From an uncultured Actinomycetes bacterium (GTDB taxonomy: Bacteria > Actinomycetota > Thermoleophilia > UBA2241), in assembly GCA_963725665.1 (NCBI GenBank), contig CAVRZA010000002.1, positions 192,001 to 256,000 on the forward strand: a stretch of 64,000 nt of DNA, in the 5' to 3' direction. Position 1 is the stretch's first letter; the number at the start of each line of letters is the position of its first letter. Both the position numbers and the translations under genes were made by a program. A model generated the notes under the pieces. It did not search any database, was not told the DNA's origin, and worked only from the letters and a program-made list of their open reading frames with translations. Shown piece by piece: positions 19,138 through 30,214 of the stretch.

Positions 19138-20349
19138 GTGGACGTGCAGCACATATACGACGCCGGCCTCTGCGAGTTGTGCGGCACCTGCGCCGGCGTC
19201 TGCCCCGAGCGTGCGATCTCGATGGTGTGGGACCTCGAAGCCGGCTATGTGCTGCGCGTCGACAAGGAGCTTTGCAGCGATTGCGGCACCTGCGCCGATG
19301 TGTGCCCCGGCGACGGATTCGACTACTCCGACGGTGCGTGGTGGCGCGAGCGCAACGGCGACGCCCCCCGACGCGACTTCCTCGGCCCCTGGCTGAGCCT
19401 CTCCTTCGGCTGGGCGAGCGACCCCGCGGTGCGCTACGCCGGCGCGTCGGGGGGCGTCGCGACGGCCATCCTGCAGGGCGCTTTCGCACGAGACCTCATC
19501 GACGCCGCCCTCGTCATCGGCATGGACCCCGAGAACGCGTTGGCGGGTAAGCCCTTCCTGGCGCGCTCGGCCGACGAGGTGGCTGCGGCGCGGGGCTCCA
19601 AGTACACGACGGTGAACAGCAACCTCATGCTGCGCGCGATCCGCGAGGAGGCCGGCCGCTACGCCGTCGTCGGCCTGCCCTGCCACCTGCAGGGGCTGCG
19701 ACGTGCTCAGAAGCGTCTGCCCGTGCTGCGCGGCCGGATCGTCTTCGCGCTGGGCATCTTCTGCGGACTCACCAACGTGCCCAAGGCGACCTGGGTAGCC
19801 GCCCGCAGGGCGGGGGGCGATCCCGCCGCGCTGGCCTGCGTGGCCTATCGCGGACCAGGCTGGCCGGGGTCTCTGCGCCTGACCTCGCGTTCCGGCACGG
19901 TGACCGAAGTGCCTTACCCCGACTACTACGACGGTTTCGTCGGCGCATGGGTGCCGCTGCGCTGCCGATTCTGCCCTGACGCACTGGCGGAGCTCGCCGA
20001 CGTGTCCGTCGGCGACGCCTGGCTCGATCGTTTCAGCGGCAGCCCCGGGGTCTCCGATCTCATCGTGCGTACGGAAGCAGGACGTCGGCTCATGGACGAG
20101 GTGGCGCCGGACTGGCTGACCCTCACCGAGGCGACGCCCGACGAGATGGTGGCGTCGCAGCGCGAGACCTATCGCGTGAAGCGGGAGGTCATGCGCGGCC
20201 GGCTCTGGCTGCGCCGCAAGGCCGGCCGCGCCGCGCCGAGCTACCCCGGTCTGCAGCTTGAGGCGTCGGTCTCAGACAAGCTGGCGGGCGTGAAGGACCT
20301 TGCGAAAGAGGCGGCCTACAAGGCTGCCGGCCGCCTCCGCTACCGCTGA
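19138..20349 (+). CDS. Coenzyme F420 hydrogenase/dehydrogenase beta subunit (FrhB/FdhB)-family Fe-S flavoprotein
   Basis: Two CxxCxxCxxxCP motifs, ASGGVAT, GSKY, VGLPCH, GIFC, RCRFCPD, DVSVGDAW. Confidence 0.9.
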   Translation: MDVQHIYDAGLCELCGTCAGVCPERAISMVWDLEAGYVLRVDKELCSDCGTCADVCPGDGFDYSDGAWWRERNGDAPRRDFLGPWLSLSFGWASDPAVRYAGASGGVATAILQGAFARDLIDAALVIGMDPENALAGKPFLARSADEVAAARGSKYTTVNSNLMLRAIREEAGRYAVVGLPCHLQGLRRAQKRLPVLRGRIVFALGIFCGLTNVPKATWVAARRAGGDPAALACVAYRGPGWPGSLRLTSRSGTVTEVPYPDYYDGFVGAWVPLRCRFCPDALAELADVSVGDAWLDRFSGSPGVSDLIVRTEAGRRLMDEVAPDWLTLTEATPDEMVASQRETYRVKREVMRGRLWLRRKAGRAAPSYPGLQLEASVSDKLAGVKDLAKEAAYKAAGRLRYR

Positions 20350-20451
20350 CCGTGCGCAGGACGCCTCGTCTCCGTCGCTGCCGGCCGCGGCAGACGGCAT
20401 GGCCGTGTGGCCGCTCGACGTGATCGTCGAGTCAGCGACACCTCGGCGGCG

Positions 20452-20937
<486 letters not shown>

Positions 20938-21206
20938 CGGGTCCGTCCTCCCGTGAGTGGTCACGCCAGGGCCGTCTCGAGGCCGAGGGTGGCCACTGGG
21001 TAGTCTGCATCGTGGGGTTACCGCTTCTCACATTGTGCAAACACGGTCCGTTGTGGTCGGCGGCGCCGCGACCGATGGGGGTTGACGGCGGCGGTCTGCT
21101 CGCCGGGCCTGGCGGCGGCGCCGAAAGGCGCGAAACGCACCCGCGTGCGGTCGATCGTCTGGGCGGGAACACCGTATGGCACTGCCCGACGAGACGAGGA
21201 GTCGTC

Positions 21207-22122
21207 ATGACGGTTATGAAGGGATGGCCCGCGCTCGATCAAGCGCGCTGCCGCAGCACCCTGACGACCTTGCGCCACTACACCCAGGTCGTGGGCAAGA
21301 TCCGTCTAGCTCTCACGCTGGTCATGCCGCAGTGGGCCAACTCCCCTCTGCGAGTGACCTCACGGGGCCTGACCACCACGCCCATGTGGGCGAACGACCG
21401 TTCCCTGCAGATCGACCTCGACTTCGTCGACCACGCGGCGATCTTCACCTCGAGTGACGGGAGGAGACGCAGCGTGGGTCTGCAGCGAAACGGCAGCGTG
21501 GCCAGCTTCCACGACGAGACGATGGCCGCCCTCGACGCCTTCGGATTCGCGATCGGCCATCGATCCGAAGTCCCTCGAGGCACCGGGGGCGGTCGCCGGC
21601 GAGGGCGCGCCCTACGACACGGCCTGCGTCGAGTCGTTCTTCCAGGTGCTCACGAGGGTGTCGTCGGTCCTCGACGAGTATCGCGCCGGATTCTGGGGCA
21701 AGCAGACCGAGGTCTCGTTCTGGTGGGGGACCTTCGACCTCTCGGTGACGCGCTTCTCGGGACGTCCCGCGGAGCCGCCCGCCGGCAGCGGCTTCGTCGA
21801 GCGGGTGGCCCAGGACGCCGAGCAAGCGATGTGCGGGTTCTGGCCCGGCGACGAGCAAGCCGAGCCGGGGTTCTTCGCCTACACCTACCCCAAGCCTACG
21901 GGGATCGAGCAAGCACGAATCGCGCCCCCGACCGCGCACTGGAGCGACGCGGCCGGCGAGTTCCTCCTCTCGTACGCCGACGTGACCGCTGCCGCCGACC
22001 CGCGCGGGGCGCTCATGGAGTTCTTCAGGACGACCTACGAGGCGGGCGCGGAGCGAGCCGGTTGGGACAGGAAGACGCTCGATCGCGAGTCGCCCATCAA
22101 GCGGCCTCGAAAGGCAGCCTGA
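21207..22122 (+). CDS. DUF5996 family protein (one frameshift near 21560)
   Basis: QVVGKIRLAL, RGLTT, FWWGTFDLSVTRFSGR, GFWPGD, FFAYTYP, GEFLLSY. Confidence 0.85.
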
Positions 22123-22186
22123 ATCGCGCGACTGGGCGGGACTTGCGCCGCGCCACGCGCGAGCGGTTGGCCGCCTAGACGCATCG

Positions 22187-22513
22187 CTAGCCCGACCGCT
22201 CCTGGTTCGCGGGGACCACGAGCTCCTGATACTCAGGATGGCGCTCGATGTAGGCGGCGATGAAGGAGCAGAGAGGCACGACGTGCAACCGCTCGGTGCG
22301 GGTCTCGTCGAGCGCGAAGACGGCCAGAAGGCTGCCGAGTCCTCGGCCCTCGAACGCCGGGTCGATCTCGGTGTGCGTGAAGACCCTGCGTCCCGGCTCA
22401 TCCCTGTATGCGGCCAGGCCGACGCGGGTATCATCGACGAAGATCTCGAAGCGGCGCCGCTCCGGCTCGTGTACGATGCGCGGCTTGTCTTGTGGTGCGC
22501 TTGGCGCGCTCAT
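22187..22513 (-). CDS. Small GNAT acetyltransferase (YjdJ-like)
   Basis: FTHTEIDPAFEGRGLG...VVPLCSFIAAYIERHPEY. Confidence 0.9.
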   Translation of the reverse strand: MSAPSAPQDKPRIVHEPERRRFEIFVDDTRVGLAAYRDEPGRRVFTHTEIDPAFEGRGLGSLLAVFALDETRTERLHVVPLCSFIAAYIERHPEYQELVVPANQERSG

Positions 22514-22730
22514 GCTCCACTCCTCTCCATCTGTCTTGCTTGTGCCCCTCCTCCGGCTGGAACGAACGGGCGACGGGACGGCGGGGTCGCGGTGAGGGAA
22601 CCGTATCGGGTAACGAGCAGTGGTAGTACACTGGTGGACACCCCTCCGGCCGACGGCGGCGCTTGTCCAGGGCTCGCCGGCCATCACCCGAGCAGACGAA
22701 GGGATTCTCGTGGGCACGATAGGCTTGAGC

Positions 22731-23543
22731 ATGATCCACGCCGGCAAGGAACCGCTGTTGTTCCTGCTGATCGGCTTGTTGGCGGCTTTCTTCGTGGTGC
22801 GCTTGAGCACGAGGCTCATGCGCGCCAACGTGCGTTGGTGGTTCGGCGAGTTCAAGCCGCGCGGGCTACACATCCACCACATGGTGTTCGGCATCATCGT
22901 CCTGGTCGTCGTCGGCATCCTGCAGGTCGCACTGCAACCGTCTGGTCATCTGCTCGACGCGTTCGCGCTCGTGTTCGGCATCGGCGTCGCCCTCGTGCTC
23001 GACGAGTTCGCGCTCGTGCTGCACCTCGAAGACGTCTACTGGGGCGAGGAGGGCAGGAAGTCCATCGACGCCGTGGTCCTGGCCGCCACCTTCACGGGCC
23101 TGTTGCTGCTCGGTCTGGTGCCCGCGGGGTTCCCCGGGGGCACGAACTTCGTGCCCTCCTCGGCCCGCTGGGTCCTCACCGCCACGGCGGCGTTGAACCT
23201 CGTGCCGGTCGTGGTGGCGCTCCTCAAGGGCAAGCTCTGGACCGGCGTGGTGGGCATCTTCATCCCCGGCGTAGCGCTCATCGGCGCCGTGCGCCTGGCG
23301 AAGCCGCGCTCGCCTTGGGCGCACCTCCGCTACGCGGGTAACGCGGAGAAACTGCGTCAGGCGCGTCTGCGCTACGCTCGCCTGGCGCAGCACAAGCGGC
23401 GCCTCTGGGACCTCATCGGCGGCGCGCCCTCGCGCCTACCTGAGATGGCGACTTCACGGTTCCCTGAGATGGCGACCTCGCGGGTGCGCGGACTGGCGCC
23501 ATCGCGGTTGCGCGAGATGGCGCCGCCGGAGGCGGCTGACTAG
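22731..23543 (+). CDS. Conserved actinobacterial-type integral membrane protein
   Basis: GLHIHHMVFG, LVLDEFALVLHLEDVYW, LLKGK, RLAKPRSPWA. Confidence 0.8.
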   Translation: MIHAGKEPLLFLLIGLLAAFFVVRLSTRLMRANVRWWFGEFKPRGLHIHHMVFGIIVLVVVGILQVALQPSGHLLDAFALVFGIGVALVLDEFALVLHLEDVYWGEEGRKSIDAVVLAATFTGLLLLGLVPAGFPGGTNFVPSSARWVLTATAALNLVPVVVALLKGKLWTGVVGIFIPGVALIGAVRLAKPRSPWAHLRYAGNAEKLRQARLRYARLAQHKRRLWDLIGGAPSRLPEMATSRFPEMATSRVRGLAPSRLREMAPPEAAD

Positions 23544-23649
23544 CGCCGTCCGCAGGGCCGCCCGTTTTCGGGGCGGCCGCTACGTCTGCGGCTGGCCGTG
23601 TAGTCCGGTTGACGAGGGACCGACCGCCGTCGCCGCGCCTTCGTTTCTG

Positions 23650-24606
23650 TCACGCCGCCGCTCTCTGCGCCAGCTCTGCGGCAAAGCCTTGCCGCCAGGT
23701 CTTGAAGCAAGGATCGAAGTCCAGGTCGCGCTTGGCCTTCGCGTTGGAGGTCCCGCGCTGCTGCGTCGAGCGGTAGATGAAGTGCTCGCGTCCGAGCACG
23801 CGGATCAACAGGGTCGGCACGTGGTGCGGCGCCGGAGCGTGCAGCAGTTCGGCGTAGAAGGGCACCCACTCCGACCTGGACGCGGGCTCGTCGTCGGCGA
23901 TGTTGTAAACGCCGGTCGGGCCGCTCAAGGCCAGCACGGTCGCCGCCGCGGCGTCGTCGACGTGCACGAACGAGGTCATGCCGTGGCCGTCGCCGACGAC
24001 GGGAAAGTGCCTGATGCGAACGAGATTGGCGATCGAACCGTCGTCCGCGTAGGCGGTGCCGGGGCCGTAGATGGCGCCGTAGCGCAGGACCACGCCCTCG
24101 ATGCCCGGCGTCTCGAGCACCGCGCGCTCGAGGGCCTGCACGGCCTCGACGTTGCGACGGCGTGTCGAGGGCACGTCGGACCCGAGGTTCAGGGGGTCGT
24201 CCTCGGTCTTGATCCAGTCGCCCATGGGTGCGTAGATGTGCGCGTAGCTCTGGGCGACGATGCGGCGCGCGCCCGCGGCGCGCGCCGCATCGACGAGGTT
24301 GCGTGCGCCCTCGGTGCGCATGCGCTGGTTAGCGGCGAACTCGGCCTCGCTGCCGCTCGGACCGAGCTGACGCGAGAGGTCGGTCAGCTCGTCGATCACG
24401 ATCTCGGGCCCTTCGTCGTTGAGCAGCCCTTGCAGGGCCTCGCGGTCGTAGACGTCGCACGCGACGCCGCGAGCGCCGAGCTCCTCGAGGCGCTTGGCCC
24501 TCTCGGGGCTGCGGCTCATGCCGACGACTTCGTGGCCACCTTCGACCAACAACGGAACGAGCCGGCTGCCGATGACTCCGGTGGCGCCGGCTACGAAGAT
24601 CTTCAT
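23650..24606 (-). CDS. NAD-dependent epimerase/dehydratase family protein
   Basis: GATGVIG, LRYGAIYGPG, SFVHVDDAA. Confidence 0.9.
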   Translation of the reverse strand: MKIFVAGATGVIGSRLVPLLVEGGHEVVGMSRSPERAKRLEELGARGVACDVYDREALQGLLNDEGPEIVIDELTDLSRQLGPSGSEAEFAANQRMRTEGARNLVDAARAAGARRIVAQSYAHIYAPMGDWIKTEDDPLNLGSDVPSTRRRNVEAVQALERAVLETPGIEGVVLRYGAIYGPGTAYADDGSIANLVRIRHFPVVGDGHGMTSFVHVDDAAAATVLALSGPTGVYNIADDEPASRSEWVPFYAELLHAPAPHHVPTLLIRVLGREHFIYRSTQQRGTSNAKAKRDLDFDPCFKTWRQGFAAELAQRAAA

Positions 24607-24808
24607 GATGCTCTCCTTTGAGAACGTCAGTGTGAAGTATGCAGGACAAAATCTTCCCTGTTGGGGGACGGGTCATCGTTAAGGTTCGTGAAGGCTGCAG
24701 CCCGCGCGCTTGCCCATCTCCGCCTCCACACGGCTCCGCGAGGACGGTAGACTCTATCGTCAACTCGCGCTGTCTTTCACGCCACCTCGCTGAATGGAGG
24801 ACTCCGTC

Positions 24809-25147
24809 ATGGACGTGGTCAAGACCTTCGCGATCTACATCCTCGCGGCCACTGGGGAACTTGGAGGCACGTACTGCTACTGGCGCTGGCTCAAGGAACA
24901 CGGTACGTGGGGACTTGCCGTCGTGGGGCTCGCGGCACTCCTCGTTTACGCGGTCGTGCAGACGCTCCAGCCGGAGAGCAGGTACGGTCGCGTCTATGCC
25001 GCCTACGCGGGCGTCTTCCTGGTCGGAGCGATGCTCTGGGGTTGGCTGATCGACGGCAAGGTGCCCGACAGGTTCGACGTGATCGGAGCGGCGGTGGCCA
25101 TGGTCGGTGTGGTCATCGTGCTCTACGGGCGCACCGTGTTCGCCTGA
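24809..25147 (+). CDS. ynfA: YnfA-family SMR/DMT membrane protein
   Basis: GELGGTYCYW, GRVYAAYAGVF, PDRFDVIG. Confidence 0.88.
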   Translation: MDVVKTFAIYILAATGELGGTYCYWRWLKEHGTWGLAVVGLAALLVYAVVQTLQPESRYGRVYAAYAGVFLVGAMLWGWLIDGKVPDRFDVIGAAVAMVGVVIVLYGRTVFA

Positions 25148-25316
25148 GCGTCACGACAGCCGCGCCATCCTCGTAACCCCCGAGTCGTCTCGCGTTCGAC
25201 CTTGCCTTCCGTCGTCCTTCCGAACCTCCATCGCCCGTGCCGCGTCTCCCCCCACGATGCCGTCGGAGCCGGCGCCGCCCTGAGAGCAGGCGCGCGGGCC
25301 GATACTGGAGGTCGTG

Positions 25317-26595
25317 ATGAAGCGGATCCTGCTCGTGGTCCTCGTGGTAGCTGTAGCGGGCGCCGTCGCGGCGGCGATGGTGGCCTTCCTGCGCTCGGAC
25401 ACTAGCGTCGCGGCGGCAGTGCCGGCTAAGGGCCACCCCGATGTGCAGTCGCGATCGGCGAAAGCGCTGGCCCGGCCTCTCGACCGCTTCGGCCTAGCGC
25501 TCTTGCAGCGCCAAGTCGCCACGTCGCCGACCGGCAACGTGGTCGTCTCGCCGGTCTCCCTGCACGCCGTCCTCTCTATGGTCTTCAACGGGGCGAGCGG
25601 CCAGACGGCTGAGGAGATGCGGCGTGTGCTCGGTCTCGACCCGATTCAGGACTCGACGGAGCTCGCCGCGCTGAACCAGGGTTGGGCCGACTTGATCTGG
25701 CTGGCGCAGTCGGGCAAGAAGCACGAAGTCAGCATCGCCGACTCGCTGTGGCTGCGCGACGGCCTTCCCCTTCAGGCCGGCCTTCCTCGACACGAACCGC
25801 GACTACTTCGCCGCCGAGATGCGACCGCTCCCGAGCGACCCGGCTGCAGCGGCGAAGGACATCAACGCCTGGGTCGAGGAGCACACCGCCGGGCGCATCA
25901 AGGACATCGTGAGCCCGGACTCGTTCGACGCGCAGACGATCCTGGCGCTGTTCAACACGGTGCATCTGAAGGTCAAGTGGGACTACTTCGACAAGAAGGA
26001 CACCCGCCCGGCGTCCTTCACGCTGGCCAGCGGCGAGCGAGTCGAGGTGCCGATGATGAACGCCTCGGAGCTCGAAGCGCCCGTCGCGCAGACGGCGAGC
26101 TACGACGCCGTCGCCCTCAAGACCGACGGGCCGGTCACGGTGTGGGTGATCGTCCCCAAGGGCTCCGAGACGGCCGAATCGCTGCTCAAGGGTCTCGACG
26201 CGCGGCAGCTCGAGGCTCTGTACGGCAAGGCCACGACGGGCTCTGGCAGCCTCGAGCTGCCGCGCTTCACGACCAAGTACACCGCCGATCAGCTCAAGGA
26301 GAACCTGGCCGCGATGGGGATGCCGCGCGCCTTCTCACCGGACCGGGCGGAGTTCCCCGGCATCGCCGACGTGGCGCCCGAGCGCATCTTCATCCAGAAA
26401 GCGATGCAGAAGACCTACCTCGATCTCAACGAGGAGGGCGTGGAGGCGGCCGCCGCCTCGGGTCTCATCGTCGGCGTGACGAGCATGCCGGTAAGCCAGT
26501 TCCAGATCCGCGCCGATCACCCGTTCCTGCTCGTGCTGACCGAGAACGCGACGCGGGCGCCGCTGTTCATGGGTCTCATCCGCGACCCGAGGTGA
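25317..26595 (+). CDS. Secreted serpin (one frameshift near 25770)
   Basis: Signal peptide, NVVVSPVS, INAWVEEHTAGRI, VPMM, hinge EEGVEAAAAS and ADHPFL signature. Confidence 0.9.
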
Positions 26596-26626
26596 GGTTT
26601 CCTCGTCTGAGCCCTGTGCCCGACCC

Positions 26627-26666
26627 CGGTGCTGAGCCGCGGTGCTGAGCCGCGGTGCGGAGCCCT
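26627..26666. repeat. Tandem 13-bp repeat (about 3 copies) between convergent genes
   Basis: CGGTGCTGAGCCG twice, plus the variant CGGTGCGGAGCCC. Confidence 0.6.
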
Positions 26667-26684
26667 CAGTGCCGGGCTCCGAGC

Positions 26685-26978
26685 CTAACCGATGCCCTTC
26701 AGCAGCTGCGAGACCTGATCCTTGGAGAACGCCTTCATGGTGGTGGTGCGCACGTTGCCCCGCTTGGCCAGCTTGAAGAGGAACTTCATGGCCACATCGT
26801 CGCTCGGCGCTTCACCGATGCAGCAGTAGTCGTACTCGCCCATCGTCATGAGCACGGTCAGGTCTTGTCCGCCCACCTCCCTCCAGGCCTTCACGCTCTG
26901 ATCGATGCGTTCCGGCACGTTCGCGATGTCGGCCGCCCCCTTGTCCGTGAACTTGACCAGAAGCACGTAGGTCGCCAT
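26685..26978 (-). CDS. GYD domain protein
   Basis: MATYVLLVKFTDKG...MGEYD...GNVRTTTMKAF. Confidence 0.88.
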   Translation of the reverse strand: MATYVLLVKFTDKGAADIANVPERIDQSVKAWREVGGQDLTVLMTMGEYDYCCIGEAPSDDVAMKFLFKLAKRGNVRTTTMKAFSKDQVSQLLKGIG

Positions 26979-27141
26979 GATGCCTCCCTTTCGCATCGTC
27001 TCGCCGGTGTTCGGTCTCTGCGAAGGATGGTACGCCCGTCAAACGGTCGCCCATCGGGAGTCGCTCCGTGAGAAGAGCATGTGCGGCCTCTCGCTTCTGA
27101 GGGATAGGATGCGACCGGACCTACCGACGTCTGGAGGTGCC

Positions 27142-27741
27142 GTGGATCTGATCGCACCCGAGGTCAAGGTCGTCATGGCGCGGCTCGAAGAGGCCGACGC
27201 CCGCGACCGGGTCGACGGCACGCCGTACTTCGACCGCCTGCGTGCCGTCGATCGCCGAGACCGCCCGGTTCCTGCATCTCCTCGTGCTCGCCACGCGAGC
27301 GCGACTCGTCGTGGAGCTGGGCGCCTCGTCCGGGTACTCCGCCCTGTGGATGGCGACCGCCGTTCGCGCGAACGGCGGTCGCCTCGTGACCTTCGAGGTC
27401 AGACGAACGCAAGCTGGACATCGCCGCCACCACGTTCGCCGAGGCGGGGGTCGACCGACGTCGTCGAGCTGCGCGCGCAGGACGCACACGAAGGCCTCGC
27501 CGCCTTCGACGGCGAGGCCGACCTGGTGTTCATGGACCACGAGAAGGTGCTCTACGAGGCCGCGCTCGAGCCCTCGGTGCGCGCCCTGCGCCTCGGCGGC
27601 CTGCTCGTCGCCGACAACACCACGTCACACGAAGACGCCGTCGCGGGCTTCTGCGCGGCCGCCCTGGCGCACCCCAAGCTGACCGCGCACCTGGTCACCC
27701 TGGGACGCGGTCAGCTCCTCGCCGTGAAGGTAGGTCTCTGA
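27142..27741 (+). CDS. O-methyltransferase (compensating frameshifts)
   Basis: VVELGASSGYSALW in an alternate frame, DLVFMDHEK, GGLLVADN. Confidence 0.82.
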   Translation: MDLIAPEVKVVMARLEEADARDRVDGTPYFDRLRAVDRRDRPVPASPRARHASATRRGAGRLVRVLRPVDGDRRSRERRSPRDLRGQTNASWTSPPPRSPRRGSTDVVELRAQDAHEGLAAFDGEADLVFMDHEKVLYEAALEPSVRALRLGGLLVADNTTSHEDAVAGFCAAALAHPKLTAHLVTLGRGQLLAVKVGL

Positions 27742-27812
27742 CAGGCAGGTCCGAGGACGCTTGGTCGCCGGAGAGGGGGAGAGGGGCGGCCTTGAGCCGC
27801 CCGTCGCCGGGT

Positions 27813-28447
27813 CTACGCTCGCACGAACAGCGCTGCCCGGCTCATCACGACGCGCGGTCTCGACAGCTCCGTCAGGTGGTTCTCGCAAGGCGAGCCCCAC
27901 GGTCTTCTCGAAGGCCTTCGCCGACACGTGCCCCTTCGGCTCGACCAGCAAGAAGCGTCCCTCGGGCTTGAGAGCGCCGCTTACCTCCTCTATGAAGCGG
28001 CCCACGTCGGGCACCTCATGGACCATGTAGAAGGCCAGGGCGAAGTCGACAGGCTCGATGTCACCGATGGTCTCGGCGGTGCACTGTCGCGGCTCGAATC
28101 CGCGCGGAAAGGCCGCGACGTTCGGCTCGCGACTTGAGGCGCTGCAGCATCTCGGCCTGCAGGTCGACGGCGACCACCTTGCCGCGGTCGCCGACCATCT
28201 GCGCCAAGGGGAGGGTGAAGAAGCCCGGTCCACAGCCGAGATCGAGGGCGGTGTCTCCCTCGTGGACTAGCCCCCGCAGGATGCCGCTCGGGTTGGTGAT
28301 CAGGCGCCGCAGGGGGGTCGTCAGAAACCAGGCGTGCCGTGCCGGGCAGACGTGGGCGCCGCCCGGACTCGAATGTCGCGTCTCGACGCGAGGTCCGTGT
28401 CGTCGCCGGACGCGCGAGGAGTCGTCGGTGTCGTCGCTCGCCGTCAT
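27813..28447 (-). CDS. Class I SAM-dependent methyltransferase (frameshifted)
   Basis: HVCP, ALDLGCGPGFFT, VDLQAEML, FYMVHEVPD, LVEPKGHV. Confidence 0.82.
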
Positions 28448-28497
28448 CGAGACGCTCGCCTCCACCTCTTCTGTGGCCGACGTGGCGCTGCTCGCCA

Positions 28498-29898
28498 CTA
28501 GGCGTCGCCAGCAGGAGCGGTTCGTCTGCGAGCCTCTCCGGCGAGGCGGACCATGGCGCTCAGGCTGCGTTCGACGTCGTCATCGGTCGTCGCCCACGAC
28601 GAGACGCTGATGCGCATCGCCGTGTGCCCCTGCCAGACGGTCGGGCCGCACCAGGACGTGCCGTCGCGCTGGATCGCGGCCACGACCGCGCGCGTCGTCT
28701 CCTCGTCGCCGAACGAGACGAGCACCTGGTTGAGCACGACGTCGTTGAGGATCTCATAGCCCGCTTCACGCAGCCCCTCCGCGAAGCGCCGCGCGTGGCG
28801 GCAGCACCGCTCGACGAGCTCGGCGAGGCCGGAACGACCCAGCGAGCGCAGGGCCGCCCAGACCTCCACGCCGCGCGCCCGCCGAGACAGCTCCGGCGTG
28901 TAGAAGCTCGGCTCACGCTCGCCGCCCGTCGGCAGGTAGGCGGCGGTCACCGACATCGCCCTGGGCAGGATGCCGGGCTCGCGCACGAAGGTGAGGCCGC
29001 TGTCGTAGGGCACGTTGAGCCACTTGTGGGCGTCGGTCGCCCAGGAGTCGGCGTCGGCGATGCCCTCCACGAGGGGTGCGGTGAGCGGCGAGGCCGCGGC
29101 CCAGAGACCGAAGGCGCCATCGACGTGGACCCACGCCTCGTGCTCGTGAGCGTGGGCGATGATCGCGCTCAGGGGATCGAACGCTCCCGTGTTGACGTTG
29201 CCGGCCTGAACGCAGATGATCGCCGGTCGCGAGAGACCCGGGAGCGCGTCGGCGCGCATCCTCCCCTGCCCGTCGACGGGGATGGTCACGACCCGCCGCC
29301 GTCCGAAGCCGGTCAAGGCCAGGGCCTTGAGCAGGGAGGGGTGGGCCTCCTCGCCGACGACCACCGTGATGGCCGGGGCGCCGTAGAGCCCGTCGGCTTC
29401 GACATCCCAGCCCTCGCGCTGCAACAGCTCGTGGCGCGCGGCGGTCAGGGCGGCGAAGTTGGCCATGGTGGCGCCCGTGACGAAGCCGACGTCGGCTGCG
29501 GCCGGCAGGCCGAGCAGCTCGAGCAACCAGCGCCGCGCCACCGCCTCGAGAACGGCGCCGGTCGGTGAGGCGGCGACCAGGCCGGCCGGCTGATCCCAGG
29601 CCGAGGCCAGCATGGTCGCCGCGACCGTGGCCGGCAGAGAGCCGCCTATGACGAACCCAAAGAAGCGCGGACCGGCGGTGGCCACGGTGGCCGGTGAGCC
29701 GACCTCGTCGAGGAGGGCGAGGACGTCGTGCGGGTCGATGGGCTGAAGCGGCAGGTCTTCGTCGAGCCGCTTCAGCCCATCGAGCGCCTCTTGCGTTGGT
29801 GCGACGGACCGCTCCTGCAGGCCCTCGAGGTAGCGCGACGCACGCTCCGCGGCCTCGAGGAGCAGGTCGTTCGGACGCGGTTCTCCCTGTGAAGTCAT
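28498..29898 (-). CDS. Group II PLP-dependent decarboxylase
   Basis: RFFGFVIGG, GNVNTGAFD, HVDGAFG, TDAHKWLNVPYD (PLP lysine). Confidence 0.92.
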   Translation of the reverse strand: MTSQGEPRPNDLLLEAAERASRYLEGLQERSVAPTQEALDGLKRLDEDLPLQPIDPHDVLALLDEVGSPATVATAGPRFFGFVIGGSLPATVAATMLASAWDQPAGLVAASPTGAVLEAVARRWLLELLGLPAAADVGFVTGATMANFAALTAARHELLQREGWDVEADGLYGAPAITVVVGEEAHPSLLKALALTGFGRRRVVTIPVDGQGRMRADALPGLSRPAIICVQAGNVNTGAFDPLSAIIAHAHEHEAWVHVDGAFGLWAAASPLTAPLVEGIADADSWATDAHKWLNVPYDSGLTFVREPGILPRAMSVTAAYLPTGGEREPSFYTPELSRRARGVEVWAALRSLGRSGLAELVERCCRHARRFAEGLREAGYEILNDVVLNQVLVSFGDEETTRAVVAAIQRDGTSWCGPTVWQGHTAMRISVSSWATTDDDVERSLSAMVRLAGEARRRTAPAGDA

Positions 29899-30214
29899 CG
29901 CTCGCGGCCCTCCTGCGACATCGCTTCGCCGAACGTTGGATCGCTGCCGGCCGTACATACCCGGTGGGTGATACTACAGGACCGTTGTGGGTGGTTGACG
30001 AGCCCCGCGCGCCTGAAGCTCGAAGCGGCAGGAGTACACGATGGGGAGGGGCGGCTGCGCCGCCCCTCCCCGATGGTCGGCCGCCAGATGGCGGTCGAGG
30101 TCGGGCAGCTCAAGAGACTCAAGACCGTCCTCGAGTGGGCTGAGGGCGCCGGCTGAGCGGACCTCCGCCCGCGAGAGCAGCCCGGGGAGCAAGAGGAGCG
30201 AAGGCCGGCGCAGC

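Noticed and set aside
23439-23522. Repeated (P)EMATSR units at the membrane protein C-terminus
   Set aside because: A local 24-bp slippage duplication in a non-conserved tail, with no evidence of function.
24690-24808. Guanidine riboswitch upstream of ynfA
   Set aside because: I could not find paired ACGR-loop hairpins or the guanidine-III consensus.
26627-26666. Short repeats here and at 40109 as a CRISPR array
   Set aside because: Units are 13-16 bp and adjacent, with no unique spacers and no cas genes.
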